From NCBI GenBank assembly GCA_963715985.1, contig CAVQSP010000013.1:256001-320000 (forward strand): a stretch of DNA of 64,000 nucleotides. Direction: 5' to 3'. Position numbers and translations under genes: made by a program. The stretch comes from an uncultured Thermoleophilia bacterium. Its GTDB lineage: Bacteria; Actinomycetota; Thermoleophilia; UBA2241. A model generated the notes under the pieces. That model was not told the origin of the DNA and searched no databases. It saw only the letters and a program-made list of their open reading frames with translations. Within the stretch, counting starts at the first letter, position 1, and every line of letters starts with the position of its first letter. Of this stretch, positions 42,372-53,429 are shown in pieces.

Positions 42372-43688
42372 TCAGCGTTCGGCCAGCGTGGAGAGGTACG
42401 TGCTCAGGCGCGGGCCACCCTTGGGCAGCCCCAGCTTGCGGCGGATGCCGGCGCGGTGGAACGAGACGGCCGAGCGCGACACGTGCAGCGCCTCGGCGAT
42501 CTCGGCGCTCGTCTTGCCGAGGCGCACCAGGTTGGCCACCTCGCGCTCGCGGCGCGTGAGCGGCTCGGCACCGTCTCCGGGGTAGCGCAGGTGCTGCCCG
42601 AAGGGGCCTACGATCTCGCGCAAGTTCACGCGCATCGCCTCGAGCTCGAGGCGCTCCGGGCGGTGGCGCAGGGTCTTGCTGAGGCGCTCGATCGTGGGCT
42701 CCAGGAGCTGTTCCACGTTGTTCACGATGCGCTGCTCAAGCTCGCGGTTGTCTTGCTCACGCTGCTCCAACAGCACGCGCAGGGCGGTGTTGCGCTCGTC
42801 GAGGATCGTCGCCTGCCGGCGCAGGGCGCGCTCGGAGCGGGCCAGCTCGTCCTGCATGGCCTTCTGCTGCGTGATGTCGGTGCCCAGGAGGAAGTGCCCT
42901 CGCTGCCCCTCGATGTGGCAAGGGATGACGGTAAGGAGGAGACTCTTCTTCTCGCCGCGCACGTCGCACTCCACCTCCAGCTCGACGGTGTCGTCGGCGT
43001 CGGCGCGGCCTCCGGCGACGAGGGCCGTCACCGCGGCGGGGAAGTCGTCCTGCACCGCCGCCTCCAGCATCTCCTCCCGCGAGCGGCGGAAGAACGACAG
43101 TGCCTGCTGGTCGGCGTCCACGTACGCACCGCGTGCGTCCACCTGCATGGCCGGGCTGGGCAGGCGGAAGAGCACGCTGCGGAGCTCCTCCACTTCGCGG
43201 GCCATGTCGCCGGCTCGCACCTCGTGAGTGACGTCGCGCATGGCGCCGATCATGCTGGCCGGTCTGCCGCCGCGCCCCCTGAGCAGCACGCCCTGGTCGC
43301 TGAACACCAGCCAGTACCCGTCGGCGTGCTGCAGCCGGTACTCGGCGCGGAACGGCTCGTCGTTCTCGATGCTGCGCGCGAGGGCCTCCATCGTCCCCTC
43401 GCGGTCGTCGAGATGGATGCGGCCGAGCCAGCCCTCGATGCTACGCGGAAAGTCGCCGGGCAGCAGCCCCAGCTCCGTGTCGATCTGCTCCGACATGGAG
43501 ACGGCGCCGGACTCGATGTCCCAGTCATACAACACCTCGGAGGTCACGCGCAGAAAGGCCTGCAGGCGCGGGTCCCGACCTGTGATCGGCTGCTTTGGCC
43601 TGTCGGCAGCACTCTCGTCCCGGCCTGCATCGGGGTCGCGGCCGGGGAGGACCCGGCGCAGCGCGGGTGGGATTCTGATACTAGGCAT
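42372..43688 (-). CDS. PAS-PAS-LuxR transcriptional regulator
   Basis: PAS/PAC (EYRLQHADG, GAMRDVT, TDITQQK), coiled coil ERNTALRVLL, HTH LTRREREVA...FHRAGIRRKLGL. Confidence 0.9.
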   Translation of the reverse strand: MPSIRIPPALRRVLPGRDPDAGRDESAADRPKQPITGRDPRLQAFLRVTSEVLYDWDIESGAVSMSEQIDTELGLLPGDFPRSIEGWLGRIHLDDREGTMEALARSIENDEPFRAEYRLQHADGYWLVFSDQGVLLRGRGGRPASMIGAMRDVTHEVRAGDMAREVEELRSVLFRLPSPAMQVDARGAYVDADQQALSFFRRSREEMLEAAVQDDFPAAVTALVAGGRADADDTVELEVECDVRGEKKSLLLTVIPCHIEGQRGHFLLGTDITQQKAMQDELARSERALRRQATILDERNTALRVLLEQREQDNRELEQRIVNNVEQLLEPTIERLSKTLRHRPERLELEAMRVNLREIVGPFGQHLRYPGDGAEPLTRREREVANLVRLGKTSAEIAEALHVSRSAVSFHRAGIRRKLGLPKGGPRLSTYLSTLAER

Positions 43689-43849
43689 GACCTATCATTG
43701 ACCTCGCAGTCTACTGGTCTTGCATAGGCGGATTCTCGCGGTAGATTCCAAGCAAGTCAACGCAGCGACGTGGCTCCTTCCCGGGCACTTGGCCCGACAC
43801 CGGCACGACAACGGCAGCAACCGTAGATCGGCACGATGGGAGGCAGGCA

Positions 43850-44197
43850 ATGGAGCTACACCACGTACCCGCGGCGGAGATCGCGACGGAGCCCCTGGAT
43901 GTGGGCCCGGACAGCAAGCTGCACCTCGTGGACGTCATCGACCGGACGCAGGGAGCGCCGTTCTGCGCCGGGGTCTGCGAGGTCTTCCCCGGCGCCCCCG
44001 TGGACTTCGACTACGACGACGATGCCGCTGTGTGCCTCATGCTGGAGGGCGACATCGTCCTCAGCGAGAACGGCGAGAAGCAGGCCTTCAAGCCCGGGGA
44101 CATGGTCTACATCCCGCAGAAGAAGGGCCTGGTCGTGTACTGGAGCACCGACACCTACGGCCGCTTCTTCTACGTCACGTATCCGCACTGGCGATGA
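43850..44197 (+). CDS. Cupin protein (EutQ-like)
   Basis: LEG...PGDMVYIP...FFYVTYPHW; GGAGG RBS. Confidence 0.8.
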   Translation: MELHHVPAAEIATEPLDVGPDSKLHLVDVIDRTQGAPFCAGVCEVFPGAPVDFDYDDDAAVCLMLEGDIVLSENGEKQAFKPGDMVYIPQKKGLVVYWSTDTYGRFFYVTYPHWR

Positions 44198-44224
44198 GGC
44201 GAGCGTCCGTCGTCCAACACACAC

Positions 44225-45913
44225 ATGGGGGTAGCCGTGGCAACGGAACCTGAGCACCACCGCCACATGTTCCACGACGAAGCCGACGCGCAGCACAAGC
44301 GCGACACGGAGCAGCTCGCCAAGTTCGGCTACAAGCAGGACCTGCGGCGCTCCCTCGGCTTCTTCTCCACCTTCGCTATCGCGTTCAGCTTCATCTCGGC
44401 GACCAACGGCTTCTACGCGCTCTTCTACTACGGCCTCGACATCGGCGGCCCCGCCGGCCTCATCTGGCAGTGGCCGATCATCGTCTTCGGCCAGTTCATG
44501 GTCGCGCTGGTGTTCGCTGAGGCGGCCTCGCACTATCCGCTGGCCGGCGGCATCTACCAGTGGGGCAAGCGCTTCATGGGCGGCGACTACGGCTGGTGGG
44601 TCGCCTGGGTCTTCGCCACAGCGCTCGTCGTAACGGTCGCGGCCGTCGCCTTCGGTGTGGCGCCGATCGTCTGCGCGCTCATGGGCTGGGATGCGAGCAA
44701 CACGACGACGCTGCTCTGGATCGCGGTCTGCTTCGCCGTGGGGCCGATGATCTTGAACGTCCTCAGCGTCAAGGTCACGGCCTTCTTCAACAACATCGGG
44801 ACCGTCACCGAGATCATCGGGCTCGTGGTGATCTCTATCGCGCTGTACGCCGCCGTCATCTTCGGCAAGGGCGATCACCAGAGCCTGAGCGTGCTGTTCG
44901 ACACGACGCCGGGCGCCGGAGCAGGCGCTCTCTTCGGCTACGGCAGCATCTTCCTTGCCTCGATGCTCACCGGCGCCTGGGTGTTGTACGGCTTCGATAC
45001 CGCCGGGGGACTCGCGGAAGAGACGATCAACCCGACCCGTGAGGTACCTCGCGCCATGCTGTTCGCGATCGGCATCACCGCGGTCATCAGCGCCTTCTGG
45101 CTGCTGGCGATGGTCCTCGCCATCCCGGGCGTCGCCGAGACGCAGGCGCAGGGGACGGGGGCGATCGCGTACATCTTCGACGCGCACTTCCCGACCTGGG
45201 TCACGGACACCTTCCTGGTCACCGTGTGCATCGCCATCTTCGTCTGCTGCCTGGCTATCCAGGCGGCGACGTCGCGGCTGCTGTTCGCCTTCGGCCGCGA
45301 CAAGATGATCCCCGCGTCCAAGTTCTTCGGCTACGTGCATCCGAGCACCAAGACCCCGCTGGCGTCGGCGATCTTCGTCGCCGTGGCGGCGATCGTCGTG
45401 CTGCTGTACGTGAACCTCGGCGGCAGCGACCCGTTCATCGCCATCGCGCGCGTCACCGCCTGGGCCACGGCCGGCACCTACATCGCCTACCAGATGGTGG
45501 TCTTCGGCGGGCTCATCGCGCGAGGCCGGGGCTGGCCAAAGGACAGGGCCTACTTCAACCTGGGCAAGTGGGGCTGGCCGGTCAACATCCTCGCCCTCGT
45601 CTACGGCGTCTTCATGATCATCAACCTGGTGTGGCCGCGGACGCCTGACGCCGCGTGGTACGACAACTACCTCGTCGTCGTCTCCCTGGTCGTCGTGGTC
45701 ATCGTCGGCGCCATCATCTATGTGATCCAGAAGGCCCGCGGTGTCGACCTCAGCGCGACCATCCACGAGATCGACGAGTCTCCGGCGGCAGCCGTGGCCG
45801 CCGAGGCCATGACTGCCGGCGAGGCGGGGAGGATGTTGGACACCGACGTCGGAACAGAGATGCAGCAGATGTCCGCCGACGACGATCCTGCGAAGGGAGG
45901 GACCACTCCGTAG
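44225..45913 (+). CDS. Amino acid/amine permease (GabP/ACT-like APC)
   Basis: FGYKQDLRRSL, FAIAFSFIS, YPLAGGIYQW, YGFD...AEET; TAG stop. Confidence 0.92.
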   Translation: MGVAVATEPEHHRHMFHDEADAQHKRDTEQLAKFGYKQDLRRSLGFFSTFAIAFSFISATNGFYALFYYGLDIGGPAGLIWQWPIIVFGQFMVALVFAEAASHYPLAGGIYQWGKRFMGGDYGWWVAWVFATALVVTVAAVAFGVAPIVCALMGWDASNTTTLLWIAVCFAVGPMILNVLSVKVTAFFNNIGTVTEIIGLVVISIALYAAVIFGKGDHQSLSVLFDTTPGAGAGALFGYGSIFLASMLTGAWVLYGFDTAGGLAEETINPTREVPRAMLFAIGITAVISAFWLLAMVLAIPGVAETQAQGTGAIAYIFDAHFPTWVTDTFLVTVCIAIFVCCLAIQAATSRLLFAFGRDKMIPASKFFGYVHPSTKTPLASAIFVAVAAIVVLLYVNLGGSDPFIAIARVTAWATAGTYIAYQMVVFGGLIARGRGWPKDRAYFNLGKWGWPVNILALVYGVFMIINLVWPRTPDAAWYDNYLVVVSLVVVVIVGAIIYVIQKARGVDLSATIHEIDESPAAAVAAEAMTAGEAGRMLDTDVGTEMQQMSADDDPAKGGTTP

Positions 45914-46145
45914 CGACCGCGTGAGCGGGCCGGGGTGAGGGGCCGTCGGGCCGCCTCACCGGCGTTCCGGCCCACGACGAACGCCGCGAGCGAAGCGGCG
46001 GGATGGAGGTGCGGAGGGCGGCGGCCGAGAGGCCGCCGCTCCCGCGTCTGCAGCCCGCCGCGGCTCGCGCTCCCGCCTCGCCGCCTCGCTGTTTGCCTCC
46101 GGGAACACTTGCCTCAGAGATGAGCGAGCGTGGATCGGTGAAGCC

Positions 46146-46986
46146 ATGGACGAGCAGACACAGGGTCACGACGAGTCAACGGGCACGGGTGCGGACGTGC
46201 GTGCCGATGAACCCGGCGCGTCCGGCGGTGAGCCCGGCGCGATCGGGGCTATGGACGGCGCACCGAGCGAGGAGCCGGGCACGGTCGCCTTGGACCAGGC
46301 CGCGGCCGGCGAGGAGCAGAGCACGGCGCCGATGTCGATGCGCTACTCGCGCCGCCGCCTGCTGATCCTGGGCGGCGCCTTCGCGGCCGGCGTCGTGGCC
46401 GTCATCGCAGGCCTCAAAGCCTTCGGCGGCACAGCCGCCACCAAGGTGGGCAGCGCGATCAGCGACCAGTTCGGGCCGTTTCCCGTGCGCAGCGTGGAAG
46501 ACGTCCCCGACGTGCCGGCCGATCAGTGGCAGGTCAAGGTGGACGGCCTCGTGGATCAGCCGTTCACGCTCGATCGCGCCAGCGTGGGACACTCTGGAGC
46601 GGATGCAGGAGACGGTGGACTTCCACTGCGTGGAGGGCTGGACCGTCGCCAACGTGCGCTGGGGAGGGGTGCCGCCGTCGGCGCTTCTCGACAAAGCCGG
46701 CATCAAGCCGGAGGGCACCCATGTGGTGGTCCACGCCGAGTCGGGCAAGTACTTCAGCAGCCTGCCCATCGACCTCATGAGAGACCCCAAGACGATGCTT
46801 GCCGACCAGCTCAACGGGGAGCCCTTGCCGCCCGACCACGGTGGTCCGCTGCGGCTCGTCGTGCCGGTCCAGCTGGGCTACAAGAACGTGAAGTGGGTGT
46901 CGCGGCTCGAGGTGACCGATAAGGTGCGCGCCGGCTACTGGGAACACTACGGCTACCCCGAGGACGCGCCCGTAGTGAGCGGGTGA
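46146..46986 (+). CDS. Molybdopterin-dependent oxidoreductase (MsrP/YuiH-like); frameshift near 46590
   Basis: SRRRLL Tat-like signal; DFHCVEGW, HGGPLRLVVP, GYKNVKW, GYWE. Confidence 0.8.
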
Positions 46987-47032
46987 CTCCGGTGCCGTGT
47001 GGCGCCGCTTGTGGCCGGCGCCTCCTCTCTGC

Positions 47033-47284
47033 CTACACCACGCCCGTCGCCTTGAGGTAGATCACCAGGCCGAGGACTGCGAGCAGGATCACGAGCGTGA
47101 TGATGCGCTGCGTGCTCCAGCGGGCGCGAGGTGGCCGCGGCGCCTTCCAGCTCGGTCCGTCGCCTTTCTCATGGAGCTGGTCCGCGGAGAGGTACAGGTG
47201 GTCGCCGCCGCCCATGGGCGGCTGCCCGAGTGTGCCCCTGTTGGGGTGAGAGTCCTTCTCGTCCGGCGGTGGGGTGCCGGTCAT
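47033..47284 (-). CDS. Small membrane protein
   Basis: 83 aa with a C-terminal TM; GAGGAG RBS; TAG stop. Confidence 0.6.
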   Translation of the reverse strand: MTGTPPPDEKDSHPNRGTLGQPPMGGGDHLYLSADQLHEKGDGPSWKAPRPPRARWSTQRIITLVILLAVLGLVIYLKATGVV

Positions 47285-47307
47285 CGTGTCTCCTCGGGTC
47301 GTGGCGC

Positions 47308-48589
47308 TCAGACGCGCTCGTCGAACCAGAGCACCGGTGGGAACGGTCGCAGGCAGTGCGGGTGCCAGTTGGCCTGGCAGTAGCAGCCCACGCCGAGCAT
47401 GGCCACGATGTCGCCCTCCTCGAGGGGCGGCAGCGCGTAGTCCTCAGCGAAGAGGTCGGGACCCTCGTTGATGTGGCTGGAGAGGGTGTAGCGGGCCGTG
47501 CGCGGAGCATCAGCCGCACGGCACAGCACGGTCTCGATGGCCTCGCGGTAGACGAACCACAGGTGTACGAGGTTCCAGCCGCAGGTGAGGCCGGCGAAGA
47601 CAGCGCTGCCGTCGCCGGCCAGGCTGCGGTCCTCGACCGTGACCACCTCGGCGAGCGCCACGGCCGCGTTCTTGACGAGCGACTCGCCGGGCTCGCAGGC
47701 GATCGTCACGCCCAGCGGGCCGAACTGCTCGGCGAGGATGCCTGCATACGCGTCCAGGTCGAGCGGCCGCTGTCCCTGCTGCATCACGGCGGCGAGGCCA
47801 CCGCCGGCATTGACCTCGCGGATGGGGCAGCCGGCGTCCATGGCGCGCCGCGCCATGGACGGCCACCGCCGCGGCCGCCTCGCGAAACGCCGGCAGATCG
47901 TCGTCGAGCAGGTGGTGGCTCACGTGGAAGTGGATGGTGTCCACCGTCAGGTCGTGTTCGCGCGCGACGGCGAGGGCCTCGTCCAGCCGCTCCGGGTAGA
48001 TGCCGAACTTGGTCGGCTTGTCGCCGCTGTAGTAGCTGATGCCGCCGTCGGGGTGGACGGCGCTTCGGCGGGGGTTCACGCGCAGCCCGATCGTGCCGCC
48101 GCGGTCCCGCCGCCCGTATCGGCGGATCTGGCTGATGAGGTCCAGGTTGATGTGCACGCCGTGAGCGAGGATGACGTCGAGGTCCTGGTCGCTCACGTTG
48201 GTGCCGGTGTAGCTGATCTCGGAGGCCGGCCAGCCCTGCTCCAGGCCGTACTGCACCTCGCCGGGGGAGCAGACGTCGAGGCCGACGAACTCCGGGGTGC
48301 CGGGCATGCCGATGCCGTGGACGCGCGCCAGCGCGCGGGGCTCGCGCTGCGCCTTGACGGCCCAGCGCACCTTCCAGGGCAGTCCGGTGCGTGCCATCGC
48401 GCCCTGCAGGGCGCGTACGTTCTCCTCCATGTGCGTGAGGTCGTACACGAACAGCGGCGTGCCCTGCTCGCGCGCCAGCTGTTCCGCGTCACGCCCGGCG
48501 ATCAGAAGTCGCCCATCCCTGACGTCGAGGCCCGGCCGCCGCCACCAGTCACACGGCTGGACTGTGACGGTCTGCGGGTCGTCGGACAT
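47308..48589 (-). CDS. PLP-dependent Orn/DAP/Arg decarboxylase family (LysA-like); frameshift near 47860
   Basis: [12 protein letters not shown] (PLP lysine), SPGE, GLRVNP, TKFGI, HFH in frame 1; NAGGG, EPG, NEGPD in frame 2. Confidence 0.8.
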
Positions 48590-48798
48590 GGGGTGACTCC
48601 TTTCTCGCGACGCCGGCGCGCTCTGCCGGCCGCGCACGAGTCTCTCGCGTGGCGGGTCGCGGGCAACCGGCGGCCGCGACCGGGATACGGCCGCGCGGGT
48701 TTCATGGTGCCTCGAGGCGGGGCAGAATCGCGGGCGACGGCGCCGCCTTGCGGCGCGACACGCTCCACACTGCGAGCCCACGAACGGGGAGGCCCGGC

Positions 48799-48960
48799 AT
48801 GAAATACGTCTGCAGCGTCTGCGACTACGTGTACGACCCGGAGGTCGGCGATCCCGACAACGGCATCGAGCCGGGCACGGCCTTCGAGGACCTGCCGGAC
48901 GACTGGGTGTGCCCCGACTGCGGCGTCGAGAAGGAAGAGTTCGAGCCCTACGAGGATTGA
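48799..48960 (+). CDS. Rubredoxin
   Basis: [14 protein letters not shown]...[21 protein letters not shown]. Confidence 0.97.
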   Translation: MKYVCSVCDYVYDPEVGDPDNGIEPGTAFEDLPDDWVCPDCGVEKEEFEPYED

Positions 48961-48991
48961 CGCGGCCTCGCGGATCGCATCGGCTCGCGTT

Positions 48992-49028
48992 ACGGGGGCG
49001 GGGCGCCGGTACGGCGCCCCGCCCCCGT
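48992..49028. terminator. Perfect 17-bp hairpin between convergent genes
   Basis: ACGGGGGCGGGGCGCCG-GTA-CGGCGCCCCGCCCCCGT. Confidence 0.7.
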
Positions 49029-49045
49029 GGCGTTCAGGGGGCGAC

Positions 49046-50354
49046 TCAAGGCGAGGGGCTCGCGGCCGGCGTGGACGACATCGCACCCGGCGCTGCGCCG
49101 AGGGGCTTGAGGCCCTCGGCGAAGGAGAGGAGCTCCTGGCGCGTGAGCCCGCCGGTGACGCGCACCAGGTAGCTCGCGTCGCCCACCACGAGCGTCGGTC
49201 CGGAGCGCTCGTACCACGTTGCCGCGGACTGTCCGGCGAACTCGCCGTAGTTCAGCGGCGTGCGCTCGAACGAGAGCTTGCCCGACCCGGCCGTCGTGAG
49301 AGCCTTCTGGAGACGCGCCGCGGCATCGCCGGCGGACGCCGGCCCCAGCTGCTCCACCGTGAACCACGTGAGGCCGCGCAGGTAGAGCTCCGCCAGCAGG
49401 CGTTGCCCGCCCTGTGGCGCCGCGAGTGCGTCCGCCGCGCGACCCGCCGCCGAGCCAGGCGTCCGGCAGCTCGGGTGCGGCGGCCGTGGCGACGGCTGCG
49501 AGAGTGTACCCGTCCGGCGCAAGGTCGGATGAGAGCGGCGCGAAGCCGGCGGCTGTGCCCGCCGCGGCCGGAGAGACCTCGTAGGTGTACGTGCGGTCGG
49601 TCCGGCGGGCGACCGTCGCGCCGTTCGGCGGGGCGACCGTGAAGCTCTGGCCCTCGGGCGGAGGCGAGTCCCACGCCACCTCCGCCGTGAACGTGGCGCG
49701 CGGGTCGGCATACCAGGTGACGATGCCGCTGAGCTGGTCGACCACCAGCTCGACGGGCTCGCCGTCCAAGGTCATTGCCGCGCGCCACACCTTGCGCTCG
49801 CCCTCCTTGAGCGGCTTGATGCCGATGTTGCGGTCGCCGTCCTCGACGGCGGCGCGCACCACGGCGGCGAGGCCCTGGTAGTCGAGCGGGCTGCGGGTGG
49901 CGAGGCGCCAGGCTGGTGGCCAGACACCCTCCACGGCAATGAAGTGCTTGCCCGGCCCCGCGGCCCCAGAGGCCGATGCGGACTCCGTGCGCGTGCCCGC
50001 ATCGTAGGCGGCAACGACGACCGCCGTCATGCCGCCTGCGGAGGCCGGCCCGCGGAAGCTGCCGCCGGCGTCGCCGCCGGCTACGGCGCTGAAGGTGCCG
50101 CTGCCGCTCGGGGCCGCGATGTCCTGTCCGGACCCGCTCGTCTGCTGCGCCTTCCAGGTGTAGGTGCCGCGCAGCGCCTGCAGCTGCGGCGTCGGCACCG
50201 GCGGCGGCGTGCGGAGGAGGAAGACGTAGGCCAGCACGAAGATGATGCTGAACGCCAGGATGGTGGCGGAGAGGCCGGAGGGCCGCCGATACGCGCGCGC
50301 CGCGCGGATGCGCTGGCTGGCGCGGCGCGGCGGCTCGTTCACGGGCGACGCCAC
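49046..50354 (-). CDS. Membrane-anchored LolA/RseB-like protein; frameshift near 49430
   Basis: N-terminal TM; VVDQLSGIV, LAPDGYTLAAV; C-terminal VTGGLTRQELLSFAEGL. Confidence 0.55.
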
Positions 50355-50367
50355 AGCGTGCGGCGCC

Positions 50368-50502
50368 TCACTGCCCGCTCTTCGGGCCGCCGAGGAAGAA
50401 GAGCGGCAGGAAGAGGAACGTGAACCCGAATTTGCGCGACACGAACAGCGTGAGCAGCGCGATCACCAGGGAGAGCGCGAGCAGGGTCATGGTGCGGTTC
50501 AT
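50368..50502 (-). CDS. Small hydrophobic protein (44 aa)
   Basis: MNRTMTLLALSLVIALLTLFVSRKFGFTFLFLPLFFLGG. Confidence 0.55.
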   Translation of the reverse strand: MNRTMTLLALSLVIALLTLFVSRKFGFTFLFLPLFFLGGPKSGQ

Positions 50503-50671
50503 GCCGCAAGGGTGACGGGCGCGGCGGCGCGGCGCAAGCCGCCGCACCGCGCCGCCGCGCCTCGGCCTCACGCCCGCACCGCGCTCCGGGACCGGCGTCC
50601 GGTGGCGTCGCGCCCGCCCGGTGTGATTACCTTGGCCCACTCCGTGGACTTCGCCCAGAGGGAGGCAGGGC

Positions 50672-52141
50672 GTGAAACGCAATCTGTTCGCCGGCCAGCG
50701 CCGCAGCGGCGGTATCGGCCTTTCAATGTTCACCGACGACGAGATCCACATGATCCACCGTGGCACGCTCGTCGTCCTCGAGCGCACCGGCATCTGGGTC
50801 GAGCTCGACGAGGCGCTGGACATCTTCAGCGACGGCGGCTGCAAGGTCGACCGCGAGACGCACATCGTCAAGATCCCCCCGCACGTGGTGGAGGACGCCG
50901 TCGCCAGCGCCCCCGAGTCCATCGCGCTGTGTGGCCGCGACCCGAGGAACGACATCCTCATCGAGGCGGGGCGCGTGGGCTTCAGCAACTTCGGCGAGGG
51001 CATCAAGGTCATCGACCCCACCAGCGGCGAGCTGCGCGACTCCACGAAGAAGGACCTCGGCGACATCGCCCGGCTGGTCGACGCCCTGCCGGACATCGAC
51101 GTCTTCGAGATGGCCGTGGTCTCCGGCGACAAGCCCCCGGAGACGTTCTCGCTGCACAACCACGAGGCGGCCATCGTCAATCAGACGAAGCCCATCTCCG
51201 GCGGGGCGCAGGACGGCCGCGCCGTGCACACTACGGTGGAGATGCTGGCCGCCGTGCAGGGCAGCGAGGACGCCGTGCGCGAGCGGCCGATGATGATCAT
51301 GGGCACCTGCCCCGTGAGCCCGCTCAAGCTGGTCAAGGACTTCTGCGAGATCATCATCGAGGCGGCGCGCGTGGGCCTGCCCTCCTGCGTGCTCAGTATG
51401 GCCATGGCCGGCGGCTCGTCGCCGGTCACGCTGGCCGGCACGCTGGTGACGCACAACGCCGAGGTGCTCGCCGGCATCGTGCTCGGCCAGCTCACCGAGC
51501 GCGGCAGCAAGGTGCTCTACGGCTCGTCCACCACGGCTATGGACCTGCGGCTGGTCACTGCCTCCGTCGGCTCGCCGGAGTGCGCCATGATCAGCGCCGG
51601 TGCGGCCCAGCTCGCCCGACAGTACCGCCTTCCGAGTTACATCGCGGGGATGTAGGGCGACGGCAAGACCAGTGACGTGCAGACCGGTCACGAGAAGACC
51701 CTCACGGCTCTGATGGCGGCGTTGGCAGGGACCAACCTCATCTACGGGTCGGGAATGATCGAGTCGGGCGTCACCTTCGATTTCGCGCAACTGGTCATCG
51801 ACGACGAGATCGCGCGCATGGTCAAGCAGGTGGTCGGCGGCGTGCGCGTGGACGACGAGTCGCTGGCGGTGGACGACATCGCGAGCGTGGGCTCGTTCGG
51901 CGACTTCCTCAGTCTGGACGCGACGATGGCGCACATGCGCGAGCAGTCGCAGCCGCGGCTCATGGACCGGCGCGTGCGCGAGGAGTGGGAGGAGGGCGGC
52001 AGCCTGGGCATGTACGACAAGGCCCTGGCCAAGGCCCGCGACCTGCTCGAGAACCACCACCCGGAGCCGCTGCCCGACGACGTGCGGCAGCGGGTCCGCG
52101 ACATCGTGGAGCGCGAGGACAGGGCGGCCGGCAGGGCCTGA
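50672..52141 (+). CDS. mttB: Trimethylamine--corrinoid methyltransferase with pyrrolysine (in-frame TAG at 51653-51655, codon 328; 489 aa)
   Basis: ORFs 50672-51655 and 51677-52141 are in the same frame; LPSYIAGM*GDGKTSDVQTGHEKTLT matches the MttB Pyl motif; CPVSPL, SPVTLAG, YGSSTT, IYGSGMIE. Confidence 0.93.
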
Positions 52142-52215
52142 CGGGCGTCCCCGGTCCGGACGCGACGCGGGCGGGGCGGCTCTCCCGGCCGCCGCCCGCG
52201 GCGCGTTCCGCCTCC

Positions 52216-53296
52216 TCATTCCCTCTCGTCGATCCAGCCGGTGACGACGAATCTGTCGCCGGGCACGATGTCCCTGCCGCTCCATGAAGATCCATGAAGG
52301 CGTGGCAGGTGAGGCCGGCGTACGCGCCCGACCCCTTCGCCACGGCGTACTGGAAGTGCTCGAGCGCGGCCCGTGCCACGCACACCGTCGAACGCGGCGC
52401 ACTCCCACGCGCCGTCTGCGTTCGTCATGGGTCCAGGAGCCGCCGTAGTCGATACTGCCGTCGGGCGCGGGGGGCCGCCCTCCTCGACGACCTCTGCTTC
52501 CAGGTGGCCGTTCACGCGCGGGTCCGACTGGTCGAGGTTCCAAGCCCATGAGTAGGTCGTCGTACCCCGCGCGGCTGTCGGTCGTGATGCCGACGACGGG
52601 CGTCCAGACCCGGGGGCGTCGTCCCCGGCCCGGGGGCCGGCGGCACCGGGCTCCCGTCGGTAGTCTCGATCCACCCGGCACCACTCGATCTGGATGTCGG
52701 GCGTGAAGCCCTGGCCGGCCTCCACGAACCAGCCGGTTCATCGCGGCCTTGAGGCCGGCGTAGCCGCCGGTCCCCTGTCACCGCGAGACGCACGTGGTGC
52801 TCGTCGCCGCCGGCGGCGATGCCCCCCGTCCATCTGCCGACCCAGGTGCCGCCCTCGTTGGTGATCCGGCACGGTGCCCCAGAGCGTCGCGCTCATGTCG
52901 GTCTGCCGCTGGTCCATGTTGACGATGACGTCGTACCGCCCGCTCAGGCGCGGGTCGGAGCTCTCCTGCCGGAACACCCACTCGGCGCGGCGCGTCTGCA
53001 TCGTGTCCCGTCGACCATCTTCTCGCTCTGGTAGGGTCCGTGATAGTCGACCAGGGCTTGCGTGAAGACGAACGGCAGCATGCCGCGGAACTCGCTAACC
53101 GCTACCGGGACCTGCGCTGCGGCCGGTACCTGTAACGCGGGCGCAGATTCGACCGCCGTCGGCCCTGGCGCCGCCGTCGATGCCGCCTGCGAGTTCGCCC
53201 CGTCGCAGGCCGCCACACCGGCCGCACCCGCGACCGTGAGCAGCAGGCACAGTGCAGAGCACGCACGCTCGACCAGAGACTCTCGTGTGACATCAT
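52216..53296 (-). CDS. Putative lipoprotein with two internal repeats; several frameshifts (error or pseudogene)
   Basis: Lipobox-like GVAAC; repeats SDPRLSG..TNEGGTW and SDPRVNG..MTNADGAW..GSGAYAGL spread across frames. Confidence 0.5.
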
Positions 53297-53336
53297 CCGT
53301 CCTCCCTCTGTCGGTGGGGATGCTCTCTCGCCCACG

Positions 53337-53369
53337 CAGACAGACCGGGCAAGGGCCGTTGTTTCTTCG
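53337..53369 (-). promoter_or_regulatory. Putative ECF sigma promoter, copy 1
   Basis: CGAAGAAAC-aacGGCCCTTgccc-GGTCTgTCTG upstream of the lipoprotein gene; near-identical to 55604-55635. Confidence 0.6.
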
Positions 53370-53429
53370 CGTGCCAGTCGTTGGAGCCCCGAGAGGACGC
53401 GGGGAGGACGTGGGGTCCGGCGCTCGCGG

